NCBI RefSeq assembly: GCF_964188315.1
Contig: NC_135661.1
Location: forward strand, 16,554,001-16,618,000
DNA length: 64,000 bases
Direction: 5' to 3'
Source of the DNA: Podarcis muralis
Lineage: Eukaryota
Below the pieces are notes generated by a model. It was given only the letters and a program-made list of their open reading frames with translations, ran no database searches and was not told the origin of the DNA. Of the stretch, positions 34,093 through 45,640 are shown piece after piece (the first letter of the stretch is position 1; each line of letters begins with the position of its first letter). The position numbers were made by a program, and so were the translations under genes.

Positions 34093-34565
34093 GAAAATGT
34101 TTTGTGGGTCATTGGACCGAAATAAAGAATATTGTTGTTGCATATTCAGTCCAGAGAGTTACCATGGCTGTCAGTGCTTCCTTGGGAGCTGTTGCTCCTT
34201 GTAGAACACATCAGGGAGGAGGAGGAGGAGGAGGAGGACAAAATTAGAATTCATAGAACTTGTTGGAGGTTTTTAAGCAGAAGTTGGGTGGCCATCTGTC
34301 TTGGATGCTTCAGCTGAGATTCCTGCATTGCACAGGATTGGAATAGATAACCCTTAGGATTCCTTCCAACTCTATGATTCTGTCATTCTGCCTGTCATCG
34401 GCTCTGGCCATTGATGGTACAGTATAAATAATAGGTTGGGGTGGGGGGCTAATCCTGTGACAAGGAATTTAAGGTGCTGCGGATCTCCACTGGTGCTAAG
34501 CCCCCAACCCTGGCTCAGCCAACAATATGCCGATGTACGTAACTTGCTCAGCTGGCTGAGCCAAA

Positions 34566-34922
34566 AAAGGTAAAAGGTAAAGGTACCCCTGCCCGTACGG
34601 GCCAGTCTTGACAGACTCTAGGGTTGTGCGCCCATCTCACTCAACAGGCCGGGGGCCAGCGCTCTCCGGAGACACTTCCGGGTCACATGGCCAGCGTGAG
34701 AAAGCTGCATCTGGCGAGCCAGCGCAGCACATGGAAACACCGTTTACCTTCCCCCCAGTAAGCAGTCCCTATTTATCTACTTGCATCCAGGGGTGCTTTC
34801 GAACTGCTAGGTTGGCAGGCGCTGGGACCGAGCAACGGGAGCGCACCCCGCCGCGGGGATTCGAACCGGACGCGGGTGGCGCTGTGGGTAAAAGCCTCAG
34901 CGCCTAGGGCTTGCCAACGAAA
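34566..34922 (-). mobile_element. Sauria SINE with inverted 5' end
   Basis: 34566-34868 is minus-strand body and tail; 34868-34922 is the SINE head in plus orientation. TSD GGCTGAGCCAAA (34554-34565, 34923-34934). Confidence 0.85.
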
Positions 34923-36505
34923 GGCTGAGCCAAAGCCAGTGTCAATTTCCAAAAAGAAATTGACAGAGATGGGGGGGGTTAGGTTTGGTCTTAAGCCCAT
35001 TCAGCTCAGTCATGCCACCTGGCAACACAGTGCAGAGCTGAATGACAGTGGAATGGACTCCCGTAAAAGGTGATGGATTCTCCTTCATTGGAAGTTTCTA
35101 TACAGAGGTTAGATGGCCATCTGTCAGGGATTTTTTTAGCTGTGACTCCTGCAATGCAGGAAGGGACCAGATGAGCTTTGGAGTCCCTTCCAACTCCACA
35201 ATCCTATGATTCTATGGAAATGTCAGTAGCATGAGGGCCCACAAAGACTGATTGGTTCCTCAGGCTCCTTACTAAATTGCTATACACACCCACCTGACTC
35301 TCCAGATCTGGGGGGGGGTGGGGGGAATCAAACAGCACAGTCCTAATGGAAGAGATAGAAAGCAGGGGCCCATTCCATCAGCACTGCTGAAAGAACAGCT
35401 CCATTGAGCTCCCCCTGAAATATTTCCACAGCAGCAAGTCTAATGTGCCTGGGTAGATTTTCCTTTTCTTTCTCTATATCTGCTCTTCGTTTTCGCTGCA
35501 TCTTTTAGAACAGAAGGCTACAAAACAGGCTGTCTCATAGGAGCCAACTTCTAGGGGCTACGAGGGCTGAGCCTCTGCAAAGTTGATGGGCATTCCCATT
35601 CAAATGGTGCATGTGCACTGCATCATGTGAGCCATTATGCAAGGCAGGGATCACCTGGCATTGGGAGTCAGCTCTGTAGCTGCCAGCAGTATTGGTTACC
35701 CATCTCAAAGGCAAGAATCCTAGGAATGCAGTTAGAGGCGTGGTCCCAAGGTCTATAAAAGCTTGTGCATTTCTAGCTGAAGCACTGAAAGCTTGGGCGG
35801 ACAAGAGATAGGGACGTTGCCAGCCAAGAAGTATGGGGACGTTTCCGAGACTGGTGAGCATTGCTTGCTTGGTAATAGGGAGTAAAACAATCCTCTCCAT
35901 CTGGTGCTTTAACACAAAATCCATAGTCTGTGCCCTTTCCAACTGGTATGGGTGGGGAGGTGTAATCAAAGACTCATTACCATTTCTGCAACAGGGTCCC
36001 TCCAAATCTCTCTCTCCAGCCACCCAATCAGCATGAAAACGAAACTTTTTAGTCACTGAAGTCTTCTTGTACTTGGGGCTGATTGGAGCCAAGTATGAGT
36101 GAAAGGAGGTAAGTCAGCTGCTGAGGATTGGCTCCTCGGGTCACTCTGGAGAAGGCGCACCAAGGAGGAATTGTTTTGTATGCTCCCATACTAGGCATTT
36201 AGAAACACTGGAAAGGTGGGCAAGCTATGTTACATACAACAGACTTTAAGGAAAACATGATTTAAGTCTCTTTGAAAGAAGATCTCAGAGCGTCCCAAAT
36301 CATGTGCCCATGTATATGCACAGAAGATAGTAGATCTAGCTGAAAGGCAAGACATGGAGAGCCACACTGTTCTTTGTAATGCATCTCTAATTATTATTAC
36401 TTTATGATTGTAAGGTTGTTGTATAATCTTAGGAGGAGACATGGCTTTGACTATAACGAAGGGACCATGAGCTTCTGAATTTGCTGCCACCCTACTGTGT
36501 GGGTA

Positions 36506-36856
36506 AGGGATGCGGGTGGCGCTCTGGGTTAAACCACAGAGCCTAGGACTTGCCAGTCAGAACGTTGGCGGTTCGAATCCCCATGACAGGGTGAGCTCCC
36601 GTTGCTCGGTCCCTGCTCCTGCCAACCTAGCAGTTCGAAAGCACGTCAAAGTGCAAGTAGATCAATAGGTACCACTCTGGTGGGAAGGTAAATGTTGTTT
36701 CCGTGCGCTGCTCTGGTTGCCAGAAGCGGCTTAATCATGCTGGCCACATGACCCAGAAGCTGTACGCTGGCTCCCTCGGTCTGTAAAGCGAGATGAATGC
36801 CACAACCCCAGAGTTGGCCACGACTGGGCCTAATGGTCAGGGGTCTCTTTACCTTT
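36506..36856 (+). mobile_element. Sauria SINE
   Basis: Full length, with 13-bp TSD TACTGTGTGGGTA (36493-36505, 36857-36869). Confidence 0.92.
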
Positions 36857-37844
36857 TACTGTGTGGGTATATCAAAATGGTGGCTGGTTGATTCTACCCC
36901 TCTTCTTCATTAAATGCATCCTCTCTCTTTCATCCCCCTCAGCTTCTCCTGGCTGTCCTGGTTCTCCCAGCATGTGGTAAGTGAGTGAATGTGGTCTGTC
37001 TTAGAACTTCTCCTGACAACCAGCTTCTGGAGCACGCATGCGTATTTTCTTCAACAAAGCTTATGATTTAGGAGAAACTGGGACCTCTTGGAATGTTGAT
37101 GCTCTGAACCCTTCCATGTAGGCGTGGGGCTGTATAGGTGTGTATAAATAAGCCATATATCATAAAGACACCATTGTCTCCACTTTGCCTTATTTCCTAA
37201 GGGAAACACAGGCCGTGCGTAAGCGCACCCGGAACCCCTAGAATCTCACACTGCTCTCAAGATTGGTGTCGCGTATAACAGCATTCTGGGAACAGTAGTA
37301 TAGTAGTCATGTTTCCCTTTTTCCCCCCTAGTGCCACCATTTTTTTGGCGCCATTTCCCCCCTCTGTCTCACACACCACGGCGCCTCCCTCCTCCTGGCT
37401 TCCCCCTGCCCTTCTCCCTTCCTTGTGTAGTGGAGGAAGGGGTCTGGGCTGAGCTGGCTGAGTGCTGGTCCCTCTACCACCACAGACAGCCTCTGCCGCT
37501 TGCAAGGGCAGGCACAGAAGCTGTGGTTGGCAGAGCACAGCGCTGAAGCAGCAGCACAGGTAGGCAGGGGGAGGGGAGGGGTGGGGGAGGGGGGGAGAGA
37601 GAAGCCCCCCCATCCAGCCAGCCACAAGGTCTGGGGGATGATGAACCAGCCCCCTCTAAAAAAAGTTTGCTGACCCCTGCCCTACACTAAAACCTAAAGC
37701 TGTAGAAACCATCATCACTTTCACTGGCTCCACAGTGAGCTGACCATGGTGCTGCTTCTCCATTTCTTGGACTGTTTACGAGCTTCATTGGTATCCTTTG
37801 CAGTCTGGAATAAGGTACTTGGGGTAGGGGTTATAGTTCCTTCG

Positions 37845-39569
37845 ACTTCCGGGTTAGCGCCATCGTCTAATGGTGGATTCCCTCTGAGCTCCGGAGGGAA
37901 TCGGCTCAGTAGGAGACGGGTCCTGCCGCGGCGACGACTCGGGGACCCTCAGAAACCACAGGCGTTGAAGCCTGTGGACCTGGAGACTCGGCGGGCACTA
38001 TTTGCGCCCCACCCGACCCGAGAAGGAGCCTTTTTAAAGGCTTCGGAATGGGGGACGGGGAGCGGCGTGGTGCTGAGAGTCGACTGCTTCTCCTACGGAG
38101 TGAAGCCACATGCCATGGTCGGAGAGCGCTGACTTCTTCCTTTGAAAATTTGGACTAAAAGTAACAACCCGCGAGTAATACGGAATTTGGATTTATAAAA
38201 GGAAAATTTTTGTTTAAATTCGGCACGATCGGGGAAGGCACAAAGAGGAAGTCCATCTCCCCGCCTTGTAAACAACTTGAAGCAAGGACTAGATAACTAA
38301 GGTCGAGAGAACATCTTTTTATTGGATAAAGTTATTAATTGCACGATTTGGCAGTATAAGCAATCTTGCTGGAGGATAAGAGTTAATTTGGAGAGCTGAA
38401 GTGCCACCCCCCCCTCCGGGACCCGGGAGTGATCCACGAGAGAGAGCCTGTTGAGGAGACATAGAAGATTTTGACAGCTGTCAAACTAGCTGTCAAAGTT
38501 GGAAAAAAATAGAGAACTTTGTTTCTGTTGTCTTTGCTGGTTATATTTGTTACAATATAGTTATAAATTGTTGAAAACAAAGAAGAACTGAAACAAGTTA
38601 ACTTGACTTTTGGGTTAGAACTGGAAGGAATACTAAATAACCAGAATCCCTCTAGAGGGGGTTCAGGGACATTACAAGAATGGCTGCAGGTGGAAAAATA
38701 CAGGCTGAGCTGAACAAGGCTTTTTTTCTCCTGGGAAAGTTGCAAGAGCAAAGTGATGTTTTGGCTACAAGTGTCACAACTTTGAAGTCAACAGTAAATA
38801 AACTTACTGAGTTGGATAAGGACTTGACTCAAAAAGTCTATGCAGCTGAACAAGAAAAGAAATCTGAGAAGCTTGAGGAAGTGGAAAAAGAGATATATGT
38901 TGATCAGGAGGAACAGGAAGGAGGGGCCGTAATGCAGCAGATGGCAAAGGAGAGCCAGAGGCCTGTCAAGATGGATACAAAGGAAAATAAGAACTGGATG
39001 ATGAAAATCTGGTTTGAATTGAAGAATGAAGAATGGAGAGATCTCCTTTTGTGGAGATCTGAAGAACTATGGATTACAAATTTGATCAAGGTGGAAGCTG
39101 GAGCTTTTGGGACATTTGGACTTAAAAGGATTAAGAAACAAGATTTGAGCTCCACTTTTAAATATGGAGGTCTGGCTGGAAGAAATATGGACATTAGTGG
39201 GACAGAGCTTCTCCGAGATTTGGTGTTTAATACAAAGGACTATCAAAAAAACCGGCAGAGAGGAACTGAGAGAGAATTAAGAGCCTCGGACGTGAGGTCT
39301 CCAGGCTGATAGCAGATAGACTGATGGACATTGGTTGGGGATCGAAACCGGGAAAGGGTGGGGTGGGGTTTGGGAATCCAAAGGGTGTACAATTATATTC
39401 TGATTCTTTTTATTTTGTTTTGCTATTAGTATAAAAATGGGGAATTTGTGGAAGGGAATTTGGGTCGACCTTAGAAAAAGGTTTTAAGAAGGAGTATTGA
39501 CGTATAAAGACTGATGTATATAAGGTAAAATTGGATACATAAAATGAATTAAATATAATAATATAATAA
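37845..39569 (+). mobile_element. HAL1-like L1 derivative, copy 2 (3'-truncated); 209-aa ORF at 38680-39309
   Basis: Reverse complement of 23205-25132 at high identity, with an intact ORF of the same length. It lacks the distal 3'UTR and poly(A), and no TSD was found. Confidence 0.85.
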
Positions 39570-40818
39570 AGTGGCTTTTATATCGTATGAAACCTCAAAT
39601 GCAAGGTGGGAATTAACAGTTAGGGAAACAGTCTGGAGAACAGAACAAACGTCCATGTGATAGCAGCCTAAGTCCTGCTCAAAGCAAACCCCTTTGAAAT
39701 GAATGGGCCTGTGTTAGTCATCATGACTATTACCTTTAGTGGGTCTACTCTGAGTAGGACTGACATTGGCTACAACTCCCGAAACAGGACACCCACCATC
39801 CCGCTTCTTCTGAGCTGAAGAGCGCTGCAAAGTGTTTCTCTTGGGGAGCAATCCATTTCACATCTGGAAGCTGACCCGGGGCTGTCAGTTGACTTTTGCT
39901 TTGACACTGGAGACAAGAGAGCATCCCTCCGGTTTGTGGTGAGGGAGAATGGCAGCATCCTTGATTAGCAGGTGCAAGATAGGCAGGGCAGGACTTAACA
40001 TCTCTGTTCTTCAGGAGAGGCCAATGGTTGGATTTTGCTGCTGTTGCTTCTGCCTGGAGCAAGAATGGCCTCACTCCACCCAAAGGCGCCCCAGTCCTCT
40101 GTGTTTGTATGTGGAGTCACATTTTCCTCCTGATAAAATATTGCAACCTGAGTGTATGGGGGCAGGGGTGGGAAATATACCAGCCCTGCTATTTTAGGGA
40201 ACTATTGCCTGTGGTTGTGGAAGAACAAGCATGCCCGTGTTGCACAACCAAACATTTGCTCCCGCAGTTCCTTTTTCCTTTTCCTCGTGCCCTTGTAGTG
40301 TGGCAAGAAAGGAGCAAACGTGACAGTCTGTGTGTAACAGGCCTCACAATGCCTCTCTGGTAACAGAGGACAACCCCCATTTATTCCCCTGCTGAATCCC
40401 CCAGTCAAGCTGGACTGGAACCAATAGAGGAACATAAGCCGCTGACTGGTACTGAGTCAGACCCTTGGTCCATCTAACTCAATATTGTGTGCACTGGCTG
40501 CCAGCAGCTCTCCAGGGTTTCAGACAGGGAGCACCTCCAGTCTTACCTGGAGATGCTGAGGATCGAACCAGGGACTTTTCACATGCAGGGCAGGTGCCCT
40601 GCCACTCAGCTACGCTTGCACAGCTCCTGTAAGGCTGATATCAGAAGATGGCATGGTTGGGCCCTTGCTGAAGCCCGCCACACTGCAAGGGCCTCAATCT
40701 CCCTTGCTGATTCCCCTCTGTGCTGCCACTGCCCGTCCACCTGCCCTGCTTGAACCAGCAAGGAGTGATAAGGATGGAGTACAGGTTGGACCCTGGCTAG
40801 GATGAGCAAAAGCCATGG

Positions 40819-42216
40819 GGTCCTGAGGCTAACCACCAGGTTTCATGGTGGGAGTCATGCTGGTTCCTCTGCTCCACAGGCCTTCCTGTTCCTTCTTTCG
40901 CCTTCCAGCTTCCTCGGGAAAAATCTCTCTGTGCAGAACTGCTTTGAGATGTATTCTTTGGCGAGGACGCATAAGAGTCCTGCCCTCCTCCATGCAGTCA
41001 TACGCTTCCTCACCAGAAAATTCAGCCAGGTCTGCGAGCATGAGAGTTTCCTCCAGCAACCTTGATATCCTCCAGCAACCTTGAAGTGGCTTCAGAGATC
41101 AAGGTCTATCGGGCAGTGCGACTCTGGGTGCAAGGGCAATCCAGCAAGCATGGTCCTCTGCTAGGAGACCTGATGCGCCATGTCCGCTTCCCGCTCTTCA
41201 GTCTGGAGGAGCAAGTTGAACTACAGAGGGACTTGGAGAAGTGGAAGGACCTCAGGCTCGAGTGGAAGGTGCTGGATGACGAGGAGAGGTTTCGTCACAT
41301 CAAGGGCCTCCGACAGGGCATGTACAAGCCGCACATCCTGTGCATCGACACCCAGATGTGCGAGTACCAGGAGCTGGAGAGTGAAGAGGCCCACATGGGC
41401 TGCTATGACCCACAGACCGAACTATGGGAGAAGCTTCCCGGCTTGCAGTCCTTGACGCATGCGTGTTGCGCCACAGCTGGTGAGAAGATCTACGTCTCTA
41501 GAGGCATCTGTAAGAACTCTTACTCCACCGCCGTCTATGAGTTCAGCTCTTTCAGAAACCAGTGGCTGCAGCTCGCACCCATGACTGTGCCCAGGGCTGC
41601 ACATGGATTCCTGTTCCACAACCAGAAGCTCTACGCCATGGGGGGATGGTGTCAGTTCCAAAGCTTCCTCAACTTGGCTGAGGCTTTTGATCTTGCGACA
41701 GGGACGTGGGCTACGATTGCAAAGCTTCCCTTTGCCCTGAGCCACCCGGCCTCAAGCGTCTTCCAGAACAAGCTGTACCTCCTTGGCGGCGCGACGGGAG
41801 TTTCTGGCCACTGGCTGTTCCACAAAGGCTTCCTGATCTACGAGACCAGCTCCAACACATGGACTCAGGTGCCTCTGTCCACGGGTTTCTTTGCTGCAGG
41901 AGCTGTGGCTGGGGACAGGGGGATCTATGTAATCGGGGGGTACATCGAGAAGAAAATGCGGGGCTGGGTTGAAGGGCTCCTCATCCCCGAGAACCACCAC
42001 AGCTCTCGCAAGTGCTTCTTAGTCAACGAGACTGGCAAAATTAGTGGCGACATTGGTATGCCCAAACTGCCGCGTGGGGTTGCCAACGCAGGGGTAGTCT
42101 CCTGCGGGAAGCGGATCTACGTGTTGGGTGGGGAAGACTTAACCCAGCGCTACAAGATGATTTACTACTGGGAGCCTGGAGAACCCCGCTGGCACCGGTG
42201 CACAACAGAGATCCCT
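40819..42216 (+). pseudogene. Partial, frameshifted duplicate of Kelch gene A (last 90 nt of intron plus most of the terminal exon; copy of 12297-13713)
   Basis: About 99% identical to 12297-13713 (roughly 14 substitutions by manual count). 31 nt (12529-12559) are replaced by 12 nt (41051-41062), net -19, giving an immediate stop. There are no BTB exons, the copy is truncated before FGCVTM, and a Kelch GG has changed to RG. Confidence 0.85.
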
Positions 42217-42302
42217 TGGCACTGAAAGCCAAAGATGGGTGGAGGAAGTTTCTAATTAAGGGTACAGTATCCCTGAGAAGCTCAACAGCACTTTCCACGC
42301 AG

Positions 42303-45114
42303 ACACACTGGGGGCACAAGTGCATTTTACTGGGGAAACATCACTGTAAATCAAGTCTGGAAAAAAGGTGAGCAGACGAGGAGGAATATCTTACTCCGGG
42401 AGCTATGCCAGAGATGTTTTGCTCATCCTGCTCAGCTCCTGTTCCATGTTGCTTGTACGTTCTTGAATGCCGATCAGGGCATCTTCTTTGCGGTGCAGGT
42501 AGCAAACATTTTGCTGAACGGGGTCAAGTACGAGAGCGAATTGAACGGATCGAGCGAACTGTCTGAGCAGCCACTTTCAATGAAGCTCCTTTGCTCGACC
42601 ATCTGCCGGATGCCCAAACCCTTGCGGAACCTCTGCATCAATCACTTCCTAGGTAAACCTGTGAGTTGCTCCTGCTTTTGGCTATATTTGCACATTTGTG
42701 GTCCCAAGACTTCACAATGCCTCCAAAGCAGTGCTTTTGCAGGACCACTTGCTGGTCTTCAACGTTTGCCCAAGATGAGGCCCCCATTTTGGCTGACTGC
42801 TGCCAAACAGATCTACTGGATAAAATGTGTCTGTCTGTCTGTCTGTGTTTTTAAATCTATTACCCGTAGTGGACAAAATACATTTTCTGGGCACCTGAAA
42901 CTGTCAGCACAGGGATGGGAGGCTCTGTCCATTTTGATTCTCTCAGTTCCTTATTTTTTTTCCAATTTTTGCAGCTATTTGCATTTAAGTAATCATTTAA
43001 AAAATGGACACAGCTTTAAATGCACACTTTCCCATAATATGTGCATGTCTGTATATATTGTTGTGAGAACTGCAATGCACAATGTGGATAAGTACGAATT
43101 TTGAAAGATAGTTGTGTTATGGCTCGCATGTTATTTAAGAAAGTGAAAATTTGGCAGATCCATCTTCAAATGTGTACTGAGCTGAGTTTTCCCTTTTGTT
43201 GATTTTTATTTATTATTTAATAATAAAATTATTATTTGCCACTTTCACAGTTATTTGTTGGACGCATGACAGTGGCTGTTTCTACTGCGTCAGATCAACA
43301 CGGCTACCTACCTGAATTTCATGCCCCAATGGAACTGTTATTCCATCACAACAGCCACCCATTATCTGGAGTAGCGCACACTGAGTTACAACAGGTGCCT
43401 AACACCTGCGTTTTCTGAAACAAATGAAGACATTTTTGTTCCGGCTGGTTTTCCCAGCAGGGTGAATGGGTCTTTGCCACATGTATCAGTCTTAAGTATA
43501 GTTTGAGTTTTGCTTTAAATGCGTTTTCTGGTTTTGAATGGCCATTCATGTACATCACCTTGAGACACTTTAGGTGATTAACAAAGCACTGATGGTAATA
43601 TTCTGTATGCAAAGCAGATTCTCTACCACTGAACTTCCCTTCAGACAAATTTAGCCCCTCCCCTTCAGACAAATTTACAAAGGATAAAGCAATTAGTGGC
43701 TAGTAGCCACGTTGGCTATATACTGTTATTAATTTAATTTATATATTGCCCTCTACCCGGAGGTCCAGTAACGGAGGCAGTATGTGTCTGAATACCTAGT
43801 TGCCTGGAAGCAATGTTGTGTGATAACGGTTTCATTCATCCCCTCCTTGTCAGCATCTAGCTGGCCTCTTGGGGAGGGGGAGTCTGAACTGGACCCTGGA
43901 CTAGATGGGCCCTTTCGATTTGCATCAGCAAAGTTCTTACATTCTAAGGGAGTGTTCTACCCCTCCTTTGCCAGCTGCTAGCAGAACATCTGCTTTGCAC
44001 GCAGAAGGTATAAATTATACACTTCTGTGATGCTATGAATTCCTGGCATCTCCCAGTAGGGCTGGGAGAGAACCTTGCAGAGGTGCTGCCAGTCAGTGTG
44101 CAGTGTTTCTCAACCTTGGGTCCCCAGATGTAGTTGGACTACAACTCCCATCATCCCTGCCCACTGGTCCCGCTAGCCAGGGATGATGGGAGTTGGAGCC
44201 CAACAACAGCTGGAGACCCAAGTTTGAGAAATACTTGTGTAGAGAGAATGGGCCCAATGGTCTGACTCTGCTTTTGTAAGAATTCGGTTGCACATTATGG
44301 CAGCACCTACACTTTGGGACTCCCTGCCTTTTGAGATTGAGCCTTCATGTTATTCAATGTCTGATAAAAACATTCTTGTTTAGACCAGCCTACCCAGATG
44401 CTTAGAAAGTTGAAGTAACTTTAAACTGTTTTACTATTTTAACCTTTGTATGTTTTAAAGCGAAGCTGTAAATTTTTATTGATTTTGTTCTATCTTTTTG
44501 CAAACCGCTTTGAGGTCTTAAAAAAAAGTCATTCAAGCTATGTATAAATTTCACAAAATAAATAATAAAAGCCGTTTTGCAAACTGATCTGCCTTTGGGA
44601 TCTGCCAAATGCAAAAAGAAAAAGAGCATGTGCTCTACCACTGAGGAGGAAACCCACAAAGCAAGACTACTTAGACCATGGTGCTGACAGTGCCAAGGTT
44701 GCAGGTTTGAGCCCCATATGGGACATCAGCTTATTCCTACATTGCAGGACTAGATGATCCTCAGGGTCCCTTCCAAGTCTATAATTCTATGATTCTTTAG
44801 TACTGTTTAGTCCGCTTGCCATGGCCAAGAGGTGGCCAGGGCCCTCAAATCTTATCCACTAACCCCTGCAAATGATTTTGTTGTTTTGCCAGACACACCT
44901 CTTCTTAGGCCTCCTCGGACTTTCATATATACAACATACCAAGACCTAGGAACTTTTTTTTTTTATTTACCAGAAAGCTGAATTTTGCACCTTTTTAGTG
45001 GGAGGAGGTAGATCAGCAGGCAGGTGCGTAGATGGAAAACTTCCCTTCCCTCCCATCAGTCCATTAACATTCCTCTGCCAAAGTGGTCCAGGAGGAAAGC
45101 CCTTCCCCCAATAA
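42303..45114 (+). CDS. Candidate unrecognised gene, 3' exons 42303-42660, 43251-43394, 43975-44007, 44974-45114 (224 open codons); possible upstream exons 36020-36108, 36943-36976, 37736-37814
   Basis: Four non-repeat segments with AG/GT boundaries chain in frame and end in TAA overlapping AATAAA (45110-45115). The first is CpG-rich like the true coding exons nearby. No protein family was recognised and the exons were chosen by eye. Confidence 0.4.
44101..44236. mobile_element. Short palindromic hAT-like MITE
   Basis: Termini CAGTGTTTCTCAA / TTGAGAAATACT with internal inverted arms CTACAACTCCCATCATCCCTG / CAGGGATGATGGGAGTTG; many relatives in the window. Confidence 0.7.
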
Positions 45115-45640
45115 AGTATCTCACAAGGCAGTGACTCTGCAGACACCAGAGAAGCGTTAAATCTGGCCAAGAGATGGAGAAAGAACTGAATTTTTAAAGA
45201 TGGGAGCAGGAAACCTGTGGATGGTTGGATGATGATTAATGCCCAACTGGCAGCAAAGGCAGTGGACAGGTATAATGGGAGTTGCAGTCCTGCAAAGGCT
45301 CCCATCCCACGTTTCTGGAAGTACCTCTCTTAGCAGGTGTTACAACGCTTATGTCGAGTCAGGCTGTGAGCTAGGCCATGGGGTGGGAAAGCTGCAGCCC
45401 TCCAGGTGGAAGTGGGCTCCAGCTCCCACCATCCCTGCCCACTGGTCATTCTGGCAGGGGTTGAGGAGGGTCCAAGAGCATCTGGCGGGCCACACGTCAC
45501 CAAACCTGAAGGCGGCTGCAGCTCTATCATGTTGCAAAGAGAGACAGAGCCTGTGTCTGCTCGCTCCTCCTGCACAACAGCCGGTCCTTCATCCTGGCAC
45601 TGCCTTCTGAGCTGGTAGTGAGAGCCCCCCACTTTGCTCT

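Noticed and set aside
37566-37594. G-quadruplex-forming G-run
   Set aside because: It lies within GC-rich cargo of a hAT-like remnant; there is no evidence of function from sequence alone.
40819-42216. Kelch copy as a processed retrogene
   Set aside because: It retains 90 nt of intron with the acceptor and has no poly(A) or TSD.
42463-43104. 213-aa single-exon ORF
   Set aside because: Beyond the donor at 42661 it runs into intron-like and AT-rich repeat sequence; only the part up to 42660 was kept as a candidate exon.
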